Translations under genes and position numbers: made by a program | Notes under the pieces: model-generated | Told to the model about the DNA's origin: nothing | Databases searched by the model: none | The model's input: only the letters and a program-made list of their open reading frames with translations | Assembly: GCA_050298055.1 (NCBI GenBank) | Contig: JBNKTL010000008.1 | Span: 32,001 to 96,000, forward strand | Direction: 5' to 3' | DNA: 64,000 nucleotides | DNA from: Spirochaetota bacterium | Lineage (GTDB): Bacteria; Spirochaetota; UBA4802; UBA5550 | In this document: positions 50,252 to 60,340 of the stretch, in pieces | Layout: the number at the start of each line of letters is the position of its first letter | Position numbering within the stretch: position 1 is the stretch's first letter

Positions 50252-50953
50252 ATGAGATTTTTCATTATTGCATTGATTATCGCTTTCGCGTTGACTCAAT
50301 CATCAGATGCACAGAACAAAACAGGAGAAAAAAGTGAAAGGCAGTATACTCTGAAGTCGGAAAAGCTTGACAGCCAGGGGAAAGAGCTGGATTCCCAGAT
50401 AATCGATCTCAACACTAAAATTGCAACGGTCATTAAAAAATTTGATCTGCTCAATACACCGGGAATCAGGATCCTTCCTTACCAGACAACTTATGTTCTG
50501 GGTAAGGATTATATTGAAATGGAAAAACATCTTTTCATAAAGGATACCCTCTATAACAGGAAAATTGCCGGTATAAAGAAGAAAAAAATAAAGATAATCA
50601 CAAACGGACAGACCATATCCAGGATTGAGTCGACTATCTATGAAAAGGACTTCGATTCGGGGCGCGTGAATGAAGTAATAATTATTGATCCCTCTCCTCT
50701 GAGCAGTGATACCAATGATATAACATTCACGCATAGTTATGTGGGGAAGCAGGTTGTTAAAGGTAAAAAGATGGGAGATATTAAGAATACAACAGCCAAT
50801 CCTGTGCGAAATGAGATTAAAAGGGAGTTTCTTATTCCCCATCTTACAATCTTTTATAACTCACTGCTCTTTATTGCGGGATCGTATTATAAATCACTGA
50901 AAGATACAGATTCCAGTATGTCTGAATTTCTGAGGAAATCTACAAGGTACTAA
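50252..50953 (+). CDS. FcpB-like periplasmic flagellar sheath/coiling protein
   Basis: Signal peptide; KELDSQI..LN, RILPYQT, NTTANPVRNEIKREF...L..F and terminal L..S..Y resemble Leptospira FcpB as I recall it. Alternative start at 50240. Confidence 0.55.
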   Translation: MRFFIIALIIAFALTQSSDAQNKTGEKSERQYTLKSEKLDSQGKELDSQIIDLNTKIATVIKKFDLLNTPGIRILPYQTTYVLGKDYIEMEKHLFIKDTLYNRKIAGIKKKKIKIITNGQTISRIESTIYEKDFDSGRVNEVIIIDPSPLSSDTNDITFTHSYVGKQVVKGKKMGDIKNTTANPVRNEIKREFLIPHLTIFYNSLLFIAGSYYKSLKDTDSSMSEFLRKSTRY

Positions 50954-51318
50954 AAATTTATGTTCATATCCCGGTACAGGATCAGGGATGAATTCTGGTT
51001 CTGTATCAGGGAGAGTCGGCATACTCCCGGCAAAAAAGGTTGACACCTGACCGGTTCAGAATACCCTTAACCCGCTTAATGAAATAAATGGTATAACCGG
51101 CAAATCAATTTGGAATAAGACCTGCATTTGACCTGAGACAATACAACCGGAAATAATCTATTTGAGAGTAATTATTCTATATTATATGAAATAATAGTAT
51201 AAATAAAAAATATTTATGATATCTTATTGTGGTCCAGGGCGGCGGGGAGAGGTCATGAATATTTATCCTCATTTTTTATGAAGTTATATATTTTACCAAA
51301 TGCTATAGGAGTGTTTAT

Positions 51319-52647
51319 ATGAAAATGGCCGTAGTAGGAACCGGGTATGTCGGATTGGTAACCGGCACCTGTTTTGCAGACATGGGTAATGATGTATGGT
51401 GTATTGATATTGACAAGGATAAAATCGAAAACCTCAGGAAAGGAATAATGCCCATCTATGAACCGGGTCTGGAGGAGCTTGTCAAGAGAAACTATAAGGA
51501 GGGGAGGCTGCAATTTACAACAGATCTTAAAGAGGGTGTTGAGAAAGCACTTTTTATTTTTATTGCAGTTGGGACTCCTCCGGATGAGGATGGCTCTGCC
51601 GATCTGCAGCATGTACTCAATGTGGCCGCAGAAATCGGCAGGGAAATGGAAAGCTACAAAATTGTTGTGGATAAATCAACGGTTCCTGTTGGTACGGCGG
51701 AAAAAGTCAGAAAAGTCATTCAGGATGAGCTGGATAAAAGGGAGATGGGGGATATTGAGTTTGACGTAGTCTCCAATCCCGAATTCCTCAAAGAAGGGAA
51801 TGCCATTGAGGATTTTATGAGGCCCGACAGAATTATTGTTGGTACAGACAATGTCAGGACAAACGAGCTTATGAATGAGCTCTATTCCCCATTTTACAGG
51901 AAGGACGATAAAGTTATAGCCATGAACATCCCTTCCGCAGAGCTTACGAAGTATGCGGCAAATGCAATGCTGGCAACAAGGATCAGTTTCATGAACGAGC
52001 TCGCACGCCTGTGTGAAATAACCGGTGCGGATATACATCATGTGAGGAGGGGGATTGGTTCTGATTCGAGAATAGGCAAGGACTTTCTCTATGCCGGTAT
52101 CGGTTACGGCGGGTCCTGTTTCCCAAAAGATGTGAGGGCCCTGATCCATACACTGAGAGAAAACGGCCTGGAATCATCAATACTCGATTCCGTGGAGGAA
52201 GTGAACAAACTTCAAAGAGAAAACTTTGTGCAAAAAGTCGTTTCTTATATGGGCGAGGACCTCAGCGGCAAATTATTTGCGGTATGGGGACTTGCATTTA
52301 AGCCAAATACTGATGACATGAGGGAGGCGCCGGCAATCAATATCATTAACAGTCTCAGGGAGAGGGGCGCCAGGTTTAGTGCCTATGATCCTATTGCAAT
52401 TGAAACTGCCCGGTCGGTCATCGGAGATAAGAATATTGAGTATCATTCAAAGTATTACGATGTGCTCAAGGGTGCCGATGCACTTCTGCTCCTTACCGAA
52501 TGGCACCACTTCAGGAAACCCGATTTTGAAAAAATGAAGGAGCTCATGAAGGCTCCTCTGATATTTGACGGAAGAAACCAGTATGAACCCTCACATATGA
52601 AGGAGAGGGGATTTAACTATTTCTGTATAGGCAGGGTCCAGCAGTAA
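51319..52647 (+). CDS. ugd: UDP-glucose 6-dehydrogenase
   Basis: GTGYVGLV, IAVGTPP, KSTVPVGT, SNPEFLKEG, GYGGSCFPKD, GLAFKPNTDDMRE, FDGRN. Confidence 0.96.
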   Translation: MKMAVVGTGYVGLVTGTCFADMGNDVWCIDIDKDKIENLRKGIMPIYEPGLEELVKRNYKEGRLQFTTDLKEGVEKALFIFIAVGTPPDEDGSADLQHVLNVAAEIGREMESYKIVVDKSTVPVGTAEKVRKVIQDELDKREMGDIEFDVVSNPEFLKEGNAIEDFMRPDRIIVGTDNVRTNELMNELYSPFYRKDDKVIAMNIPSAELTKYAANAMLATRISFMNELARLCEITGADIHHVRRGIGSDSRIGKDFLYAGIGYGGSCFPKDVRALIHTLRENGLESSILDSVEEVNKLQRENFVQKVVSYMGEDLSGKLFAVWGLAFKPNTDDMREAPAINIINSLRERGARFSAYDPIAIETARSVIGDKNIEYHSKYYDVLKGADALLLLTEWHHFRKPDFEKMKELMKAPLIFDGRNQYEPSHMKERGFNYFCIGRVQQ

Positions 52648-52669
52648 AGGGATCCACAGGAGGGATTGA

Positions 52670-54049
52670 ATGAAAAATCCAATCCTCATACCCGAGTTCA
52701 GAGAACTCCTTGAAAAGAAAAAGTATTCTGTTTTAAAGTCATTTCTTGAAGAAGGCCATTCACGGGAGATGGCCGAACTTCTTGAAATGCTTAATCCGGA
52801 TGAGATCTGGAGCATCCTCAAGCTCCTTGACGGTTACCTGAGATGTGAGATCTTTACTTACTTTGATATTGATGTCCAGAAGACAATACTGGCAATACTC
52901 AGCAACCGGGACATCTCGGAAATCCTGGTCAGAATGTCGCCTGATAACAGGGCGGACTTTTTCCAGCATCTTGACAGGGAAACGGCAAACCGTTATCTCC
53001 TTGTGCTGCCCATTCGTGACAGGGCAAACATCATCAAGCTGACATCCTATGACGAGGAAACAGCCGGTGCCATTATGACCACCGACTATGCGACCCTCAA
53101 TGAAAATAATACCGTTGAAGAATCTATTAAGCTTATCAGAAAGATAGCCCCGTCAAAGGAAACAATATACTATATATACGTAGTTGATGACATCGGGAAA
53201 CTTATCGGGTTTGTGTCTCTCAGGAAGCTGATCCTTGAAAAACCAAAGAAAAAGATCAGCAAAATAATGAAGAGCGAGGTCCTCTATGCCGGAGTTGATG
53301 ACGATAGAGAGGATGTGGCGCAACTGATCGAAGAGTATGACCTGATAGCTCTCCCTATTGTGGACAGCAGCAAAAGGCTTACAGGAATAGTGACACATGA
53401 TGATGCCATTGACATTATCAGGGAGGAGGAGACCGAGGACCTGGAAAAGCTGATGGCCATCAGCGGCGGTGTTGAGGAAAAGTCTTACCTGGATGTTCCC
53501 GCCCTGGTCCATTTCAAAAAGAGGGCGTTCTGGGTTGTTGCCCTGGGGATTTTCGGTCTGGTCACGGCATATATTGTTGGGCTTTTCCAGGACACACTCA
53601 AGACATTGATCGTTCTGACATTTTATATCCCCATGCTCAATGCTGCGGGGGGGAATACCGGCTCACAGTCTGCAACGGTAATCCTCAGGGCTTTAACACT
53701 CAACGAGCTCACACCGGGTGATATATTAAGGGTTATTCGGAAGGAATTTACTATCAGTCTTTTCCTCTCGATCTGCCTGGGAGCAATAGTCTATTTCAGG
53801 GTTTATTTATTTACCAAAGGTGATAATATACCTGCAGAGTTTACTCTGCCCGGTATTGCGACAGTTATCTCAATATCTCTGGGACTTCAGGTGCTCTGGG
53901 CGACTATCTTCGGGGCCATTGTCCCTATGGTGGCAACAAAGCTAAAGGTCGATCCGGCGGTTGTATCAAGCCCTCTCCTTACCACATTCGTCGATATGGG
54001 GGGGATTGTTATCTACTTCACCATGGCAAAGATGATTCTGGGGATCTAA
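52670..54049 (+). CDS. mgtE: magnesium transporter MgtE
   Basis: MgtE N-domain, CBS pair (TAGAIMTTDY, YDLIALPIVD), GGNTGSQS, DPAVVSSPLLTTFVD. Confidence 0.95.
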   Translation: MKNPILIPEFRELLEKKKYSVLKSFLEEGHSREMAELLEMLNPDEIWSILKLLDGYLRCEIFTYFDIDVQKTILAILSNRDISEILVRMSPDNRADFFQHLDRETANRYLLVLPIRDRANIIKLTSYDEETAGAIMTTDYATLNENNTVEESIKLIRKIAPSKETIYYIYVVDDIGKLIGFVSLRKLILEKPKKKISKIMKSEVLYAGVDDDREDVAQLIEEYDLIALPIVDSSKRLTGIVTHDDAIDIIREEETEDLEKLMAISGGVEEKSYLDVPALVHFKKRAFWVVALGIFGLVTAYIVGLFQDTLKTLIVLTFYIPMLNAAGGNTGSQSATVILRALTLNELTPGDILRVIRKEFTISLFLSICLGAIVYFRVYLFTKGDNIPAEFTLPGIATVISISLGLQVLWATIFGAIVPMVATKLKVDPAVVSSPLLTTFVDMGGIVIYFTMAKMILGI

Positions 54050-54274
54050 AAAATGCCGGGTATCCTCTTATCTGTCTCGAATTCCACTCTCCGGGTCTGT
54101 AAATAAAGTTAGTTCCTTCCTTGTTATTCCGGCCTATCCGGGTATATATTTTTTAGCCGTATAGCTGAGTAGTTACAATAAAAAATATATTGCATATCCG
54201 AAAAAAAAAGTTGATTTGTTGATGTTTTTCTGTATTTTTATTCAGAAAACAATCCACTTTTCTGGAGTTAAGTT

Positions 54275-55489
54275 ATGAACGTAAAGTTGCCGGTAAAAAG
54301 GGACCAACTAATTAATGCGAGCAGGGACCACTGTTTTTTTGCCGGTGTCAATGACAGCGGCGCTGAACTTTGCAAGGCAAACACTGTCTATGGTATAGCC
54401 GGTATTCATCATGTCCAGAAAGCCCTTGGTTTGAGACCGGATGCTTCCTTTATCTCAACCCCCGATATGACCATAACGAGGAACACGAGCAGATGGGGAA
54501 GCGGATTCGGATATGGGGGCAAAATTTCATGGGGGAGTGGAAACGATGAAGTTGTCATTCTTAATACAAAGCCAAATGCATGCGGAATGCTCGTTGGAGG
54601 GCTTGACAAGCTCCCTTCGGTAACCGGACTGATAAAGAAAATCCACAAAATGGAAAAAGGGACTATAAAGATAGACGATGTTCCCGTTTCCTGGGACTTC
54701 TATAAGAGTAACCACTTCATTGATATTTTCCTGGTAAAGCCCGTAACGAGAGTCAGGACCAAGCTGCCTCCCTATGCTTTTGTTATTCATGGGTCTGCTC
54801 CTGAGTTTTCAGGGGACAATCTCCACGGTTTCGGGCTTTATTACGATAAAAGCCATGAGCTGGCCGCAAAGGCTGAAATCATCAACACCCCGTTTCAGGA
54901 AATGCATGTTCTTACAGGTGACAGTGCGAGAAAGTACTATGAGATGTACAGGTATGTAGAGCGATTCTCAATAAAGAAGCGAAGACTGGCTGCCGAGATC
55001 CTTTTCGGGGACTATGTGGAGGTCTTTAATGAGAACCACCAGGGACTGATCAATATGAACGAAATAAAGCTTGGCTGTCATTATCTTAAGAATTTTTCGC
55101 GCCTCTATCCTCTGACTCTCCGGGGAGACCTCCCTGCTTACCTTGTGAAGGGGATTCCTAATTATTCGGCCGAGTGCATTGAGTCTCTTGGCTTCGCAAA
55201 GAGGGCCAAAAAGCTGAAGCTCTACAACCGGCTCCTGAATGCCAATGTTATTCCTCATGGAGGGGGGTATAACCTCCCGGATGTTCTGAGTGTTAACAGA
55301 ATTATTGAGATTGAGGGAAAAAGATATTTTGAAGTTGAGATGACCAACGACAGGGGAAAGAAGATAATCTCTGAAGTCCGTGAAATCCCCTATGAATACC
55401 GGGGAAGAAAAGTTATTCTGCGCAGCCTTGAAATCGGCTCGATCAAGATAGTGGCAAAGATGATTCCCCTTTATGTATTGAAGATATAA
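54275..55489 (+). CDS. divergent RtcB-fold (3'-phosphate/5'-OH ligase-like) protein
   Basis: Ordered motifs TPD, GSGFGYGG, NACG, SNHFID, IHGS, NHQ, AYLVKG, PHGGG, EIPYEYR, IVAKMIPLYVLK match the RtcB motif order. Confidence 0.7.
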   Translation: MNVKLPVKRDQLINASRDHCFFAGVNDSGAELCKANTVYGIAGIHHVQKALGLRPDASFISTPDMTITRNTSRWGSGFGYGGKISWGSGNDEVVILNTKPNACGMLVGGLDKLPSVTGLIKKIHKMEKGTIKIDDVPVSWDFYKSNHFIDIFLVKPVTRVRTKLPPYAFVIHGSAPEFSGDNLHGFGLYYDKSHELAAKAEIINTPFQEMHVLTGDSARKYYEMYRYVERFSIKKRRLAAEILFGDYVEVFNENHQGLINMNEIKLGCHYLKNFSRLYPLTLRGDLPAYLVKGIPNYSAECIESLGFAKRAKKLKLYNRLLNANVIPHGGGYNLPDVLSVNRIIEIEGKRYFEVEMTNDRGKKIISEVREIPYEYRGRKVILRSLEIGSIKIVAKMIPLYVLKI

Positions 55490-55541
55490 GGGAGCCTCTC
55501 TGAATTATTTTTCGAGGTACCCATGATCCGGCTTCTCAAGA

Positions 55542-56312
55542 CTAAATCTTAAGGTTAAAGACCCTCACCGCGTTTGCCGTTGTGTTCTCCGCAACCATCT
55601 CCACGCTCTCTCCCGTTAATTCTGCAGCCGCTTCCAGGTTAAACATGATGTTGGCCGGGACATTGGGCTTTCCCATTGCCTGGACCGGCGGGATATCAGG
55701 GCTGTCTGTTTCCAGGAGAAGGTGGTGCGGATAGATCTTTTCAAGGAGCCTGACTCTCTTTTTACTTTTTTTATATGTGAGTATTCCTCCCAGGGAAAAG
55801 TTCATATTGAACTTCAATAACTCTTCTGCCAGTTCCCTGCTCCCGGAAAAGGAGTGAATAACACCTCCCGCATGGGGAATACCCACACGTTTAAATGAAA
55901 TTATAAGTTCATTGAAGGCCCCTCTGCAGTGAATGATCAGGGGGAGGTTAATCTCCCGGGCAATGGACAGCTGTATCTCGAATATTTTTATCTGGATTTC
56001 CATGTTGGGATTATCAATTTTCTTATCGAGTCCCATCTCGCCAATGGCGACGGCCCCCTTTTTGGCCTCATCCCCGAGCCTGTAAATGATATCAAGATCT
56101 GAGGGAGTGGCATACCAGGGGTGAACTCCCAGTGCATATTCAACCTCATTAAAACGTTCCGCTATGGCCCTTGATTCCTCCCACTGACCCGGTGTAATGG
56201 ATGAGGTAATAAGTTTTACGATATTGGCGTCTTTTGCCTGGTTGATTATTGCGTCAAGCCTGCCCCTGAAATGTTCGCTTTCAAGGTGGCAGTGTGTATC
56301 AATAAGTTTCAT
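55542..56312 (-). CDS. tatD: TatD-family DNase
   Basis: LIDTHCHL, LGVHPW, AIGEMGLD, IIHCR, VIHSFSGS, LLETDSPD. Confidence 0.93.
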   Translation of the reverse strand: MKLIDTHCHLESEHFRGRLDAIINQAKDANIVKLITSSITPGQWEESRAIAERFNEVEYALGVHPWYATPSDLDIIYRLGDEAKKGAVAIGEMGLDKKIDNPNMEIQIKIFEIQLSIAREINLPLIIHCRGAFNELIISFKRVGIPHAGGVIHSFSGSRELAEELLKFNMNFSLGGILTYKKSKKRVRLLEKIYPHHLLLETDSPDIPPVQAMGKPNVPANIMFNLEAAAELTGESVEMVAENTTANAVRVFNLKI

Positions 56313-56336
56313 AAATTCTGTATCCCTCACAGAGTC

Positions 56337-56756
56337 TTATTCACCGATGATCTTTACCATCACTCGCTTTGCCCTTCTGCCGTCAAATTCAGCATAGTAA
56401 ATCTGTTCCCAGGGCCCGAAATCCATCTTCCCCTCTGTAACAGCAATGACAACTTCACGCCCCATGATTGTCCGTTTAATGTGGGCATCACCGTTATCTT
56501 CACCGGTATTGTTATGCCTGTACCTGCTGATCGGTTCATGGGGAGCAAGGTCTTCCAGAAAATCGTCAAAATCCCGAATCAGACCGCTTTCAGCATCGTT
56601 AATATAGACAGAAGCAGTGATATGCATGGCATTGACCAGGCAGAGACCCTCCTTGATACCGCTTTTTTTCAGAACGGCATTAACATCTCCTGTAATATTT
56701 ATATACTCTCTCCGGGACCTGGTATTAAATGTAAGATATTCCCTGTGTGATTTCAT
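56337..56756 (-). CDS. yjbQ: YjbQ/UPF0047 family (secondary thiamine-phosphate synthase)
   Basis: [42 protein letters not shown]. Confidence 0.92.
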   Translation of the reverse strand: MKSHREYLTFNTRSRREYINITGDVNAVLKKSGIKEGLCLVNAMHITASVYINDAESGLIRDFDDFLEDLAPHEPISRYRHNNTGEDNGDAHIKRTIMGREVVIAVTEGKMDFGPWEQIYYAEFDGRRAKRVMVKIIGE

Positions 56757-56840
56757 TTTAAAACTCCAATTTTTAGTTTAATACAATTTTTATTCCATAA
56801 ACTATAATCTTTTACAGATACTGATGTTAAAAAGAAATAT

Positions 56841-56960
56841 CCGCAGATAAACGCGGAGTTAAAGAAAATGTTAAGTTATCTGATCAACAAAGATTTTCTA
56901 TCATTTAATATTCAACATTCATAATTAAGCATTGAAAAAACTCTGCGTGCATCTGTGACT
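56841..56960. repeat. nested palindromic repeat family 2, copy 3 (degenerate)
   Basis: ccgcagataaacgcggag...aatgttaagttatctgat...ttcaacattcataatt...ctctgcgtgcatctgtg; shares ttaagttatctgat with 37640-37651. Confidence 0.65.
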
Positions 56961-57147
56961 AATTATTTTTTTCTTTTTTTCATTTCAAGGAATCAATCTC
57001 TCTGATAGATAATGTTTTTTATGAATAATTTGTGATAATAAATGACCAAACAGACGATTATATTAAAGAACAGATTAAAACCATCAAATAAAGGTAAATT
57101 TTACTCCTGTCAAGAGAGTTTTTATTAAATAAATATATATATATTTC

Positions 57148-57175
57148 TTGACAAAACATGTTAAATTGATATTTT
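57148..57175 (+). promoter_or_regulatory. sigma70-like promoter of coaD-rny-ymdB
   Basis: TTGACA-16 bp-TATTTT with TG extension. Confidence 0.45.
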
Positions 57176-57204
57176 AGTTTTTGCATGGAGAATATTGGAG
57201 CTTT

Positions 57205-57696
57205 ATGCGGATTGGAATATATCCTGGATCCTTCGATCCATTGACATATGGGCATCTCGATATTATCGAGAGGGCTATAAAGCTTTGCGATAAGCTCATT
57301 ATCGCGGTTGCATACAATAGTGCAAAAGAAGCTTTATTTACTGTAAACGAGAGACTAGATATAATAGAAAATTGCTGTAAAGAAAAATATGATAACCTGG
57401 AGGTTGTTTTTTTTAATGGGCTTTTGGCGGAATATTGTAACAGGAATAAGATCTCGTTCATCGTTAGAGGTTTACGATCTGTAACGGATTTTGATTACGA
57501 GATGTCCATAGCCTTTGCAAACAGAAGGCTGGCGGCAAATACTGAAACAATATTTTTAATGACCAGGGAAGAAAACAGCTTCATATCCTCTCAGATGGTA
57601 AGGGAGATAGCAAGTTATCATGGTGATATATCCTCTCTAGTACCCCAATTCGTACAAGAAAAGATCCTGCAAAAATTCTCCAAAGTAAAAAACTGA
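57205..57696 (+). CDS. coaD: pantetheine-phosphate adenylyltransferase
   Basis: IYPGSFDPLTYGHLDII, VRGLRSVTDFDYE, FISSQMVREIA. Confidence 0.96.
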   Translation: MRIGIYPGSFDPLTYGHLDIIERAIKLCDKLIIAVAYNSAKEALFTVNERLDIIENCCKEKYDNLEVVFFNGLLAEYCNRNKISFIVRGLRSVTDFDYEMSIAFANRRLAANTETIFLMTREENSFISSQMVREIASYHGDISSLVPQFVQEKILQKFSKVKN

Positions 57697-57890
57697 TTCG
57701 GTTAAACTTCCGGTTCACGAGTAGTGCCAATTATAACGGGGATTTAACCGGGTGTGTTATACTCAGGATGTTGAAATGTTTTTGGGAATTTTCATTTTTT
57801 GAAAGAAAAGTTCCCTTGCGAAATTCTATGCCGGTACTCCGGATTGGATTTGTTTACTGAAATCAATAATCCGGGTGTTGGGAGGTAAAA

Positions 57891-59426
57891 ATGACATCAA
57901 TGACAATTATTCTTATTATAGCTCTCCCTGTTGTCGGAGTTCTCGGATATGCAGTAAGGGCGTATCTCGGAAGAATCAAGCTCAACTCCGCTGAAGCTAA
58001 ATCCCACAGACTGATCAATGATGCAGTGAAAGAGGCTGAAAACAAGAGAAAGGAACTCTTGATCGAAGCAAAGGACCAGCTGCTCAGAGAGAAGAATGAT
58101 CTGGAAAAAGAGATGAGAGAGAGAAGACAGGAACTCCAGTCTTCGGAAAAGAGAATTTTCCAGAAGGAAGAGGCCCTGGAGAAAAGGGTTGAGCAGATTA
58201 CAAAACAGGAAAAACTGACAACCCTGAAAGAGCAGGAAGTACAGGAAAAGGAAGAAGAATTAAGAAAAGAGTTTCAGAAGCACAAGAAAGAACTTGAACG
58301 AATAGCAAATATGACTTCAGAAGAGGCCAAGAAACTTTTATTGGAAAACCTTGAAAACGAAGTGAAGCTGGAATCTACAAAGCTTATTAATAAGATAGAG
58401 GAAGATGCCAGGAGAGTTGCGGACAAGAAGGCAAAGGAAATCATCATTACCGCTATCCAGAGAAATGCTTCGGAGCATACATCTGAGACAACCATAACAA
58501 CCGTATCGCTACCCTCCGATGAATTAAAGGGGAGGATTATCGGTCGTGAGGGACGGAACATAAGGACACTTGAAAACCTGACCGGCGTGGACATGATTAT
58601 AGATGACACACCGGAGGTTGTTGTGATTTCAGGGTTTGATCCCGTAAGAAGGGAAATCGCACGACTTTCACTGGAACGCCTTATACAGAATGGCAGGATA
58701 CATCCCGCAAGGATTGAAGAGGTCGTTGCAAAGGTCACCAAGGAGATAGACGAACTCATGCTGGAAGAGGGTGAGAAAGCGGCGTTTGAACTTGGGATTC
58801 CGGGCCTCAGTAAGGAGGCCATCCAGAATGTGGGGAAACTGAAATTCAGGTCAAGTTACGGCCAGAATGTTCTTGATCACAGCAAGGATGTTGCAAACCT
58901 TGCAGGTATAATGGCAGGTGAGCTGAAACTGGACATCCAGCTTGCCAAAAGGGCCGGGCTTCTCCACGACATTGGGAAGGGAAGTGTCGTGGAGGGAGAA
59001 GGCGCCCATTCTATTGTTGGAGCCGAGATGGCAAAAAAATATGGTGAAAATGATCTGGTAATAAACTGCATCGCTTCACATCATAATGACAGGGAGCCCG
59101 AATCCTTTGAAGCTGTGCTTGTCCAGGTCGCGGACGCAATTTCAGCATCACGGCCCGGTGCAAGGAGAGAATCTCTGGACACTTACCTGAAGAGGCTTGA
59201 AAACCTTGAAACCATAGCTTCAGGATTCAAGGGTGTGGACAAAACATTTGCAATTCAGGCAGGCAGGGAAGTTCGTGTCCTGGTTGATAATGACATGATA
59301 AACGATGAACAGGCAGAAAACATGGCCAGGGATATTGCAGTTAAGATAGAATCGGAGTTAAAGTATCCCGGTATTATCAGGGTCACTCTTATCCGTGAAA
59401 AAAGGGTTGTGGATTACGCCCGGTGA
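57891..59426 (+). CDS. rny: ribonuclease Y
   Basis: N-terminal TM, coiled-coil, KH domain (KGRIIGREGRNIR), HD domain (LLHDIGK), AISASRPGARRE. Confidence 0.96.
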   Translation: MTSMTIILIIALPVVGVLGYAVRAYLGRIKLNSAEAKSHRLINDAVKEAENKRKELLIEAKDQLLREKNDLEKEMRERRQELQSSEKRIFQKEEALEKRVEQITKQEKLTTLKEQEVQEKEEELRKEFQKHKKELERIANMTSEEAKKLLLENLENEVKLESTKLINKIEEDARRVADKKAKEIIITAIQRNASEHTSETTITTVSLPSDELKGRIIGREGRNIRTLENLTGVDMIIDDTPEVVVISGFDPVRREIARLSLERLIQNGRIHPARIEEVVAKVTKEIDELMLEEGEKAAFELGIPGLSKEAIQNVGKLKFRSSYGQNVLDHSKDVANLAGIMAGELKLDIQLAKRAGLLHDIGKGSVVEGEGAHSIVGAEMAKKYGENDLVINCIASHHNDREPESFEAVLVQVADAISASRPGARRESLDTYLKRLENLETIASGFKGVDKTFAIQAGREVRVLVDNDMINDEQAENMARDIAVKIESELKYPGIIRVTLIREKRVVDYAR

Positions 59427-60199
59427 AATATTTAAAGATACTTGCTATTGGCGATATCATTGGAAGAACCGGGCGAAATTATCTGCAGAGCAGGATTCAG
59501 GGTATCAAGGAGCTTCATAAGATCGATATGGTTATTGCCAATGGTGAAAATGCCGCGGGAGGAATCTCAATAACACCTGACAAACTGAATGAACTCTATG
59601 GCATGGGAATTGATGTTGTTACCACCGGGAATCATATCTGGGACAAAAGTGATATCCAGAGAGTTATTGATAATGAAGAGTATCTCCTTCGTCCGGGAAA
59701 TTATCCCGAGATAAACCAGGGACACGGTTACACATTCTTTAATTGCCGGGGAATAAAGGTCTGTGTCGTAAATCTTCAGGGGCGTGTCCATATGGAACCC
59801 ATAGACAATCCTTTTAAAAAATTTGATGAAATTTATGATCTTGTTAAAGATGAGGCTGATATTATTGTGGTTGATTTCCATGCGGAAGCCACATCTGAGA
59901 AACAGGCTTTTGGCTGGTATACAGATGGGAGAGCATCCGCTGTTTTTGGGACTCATACTCACGTGCAGACCTCTGATGAGAGGATTCTTCCCGGGGGAAC
60001 AGGATTTATTACGGATGTGGGAATGACAGGATCGATGGACTCTGTAATAGGGATGGATAAGGATATATCGATTCAGAAGTTTATTACAGGCATCAGGGTA
60101 AAGTACAGGGTTGCTGCGGATAATCCCGGAATAAACGGGATCATATTCACGATTTTAAAAAGTGGCAAAACGGCGGAGGTCCTTCGATTAAGGGTTTAG
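59423..60199 (+). CDS. ymdB: YmdB/TIGR00282 metallophosphoesterase
   Basis: IGDIIG, NGENAAGG, TTGNHIWD, DFHAEATSEK, GTHTHVQT, TDVGMTG. Confidence 0.95.
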   Translation: MKYLKILAIGDIIGRTGRNYLQSRIQGIKELHKIDMVIANGENAAGGISITPDKLNELYGMGIDVVTTGNHIWDKSDIQRVIDNEEYLLRPGNYPEINQGHGYTFFNCRGIKVCVVNLQGRVHMEPIDNPFKKFDEIYDLVKDEADIIVVDFHAEATSEKQAFGWYTDGRASAVFGTHTHVQTSDERILPGGTGFITDVGMTGSMDSVIGMDKDISIQKFITGIRVKYRVAADNPGINGIIFTILKSGKTAEVLRLRV

Positions 60200-60236
60200 C
60201 GGGGAGCAGCATAAAAAATCAAACATTGCAGCCTGA

Positions 60237-60340
60237 TGCTGAGCCCGCGTGATTTTGCAACAATAAGATTCTTTTAAATAGTTAAATACTCCAGTAGTTA
60301 TCCAATCATGATTAAGTTAAAAATCACGCAGTGGAAGAAC
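60237..60340. repeat. palindromic repeat family 3, copy 2 (inverted)
   Basis: tgctgagcccgcgtgatttt...aaaaatcacgcagtggaagaac. Confidence 0.7.

Noticed and set aside
51070..51160. Possible riboswitch upstream of ugd
   Set aside because: No recognisable aptamer consensus; only a weak ccgg pairing
57697..57890. Possible 6S RNA or leader between coaD and rny
   Set aside because: Only short local hairpins are visible; no long rod with a central bubble could be identified by eye
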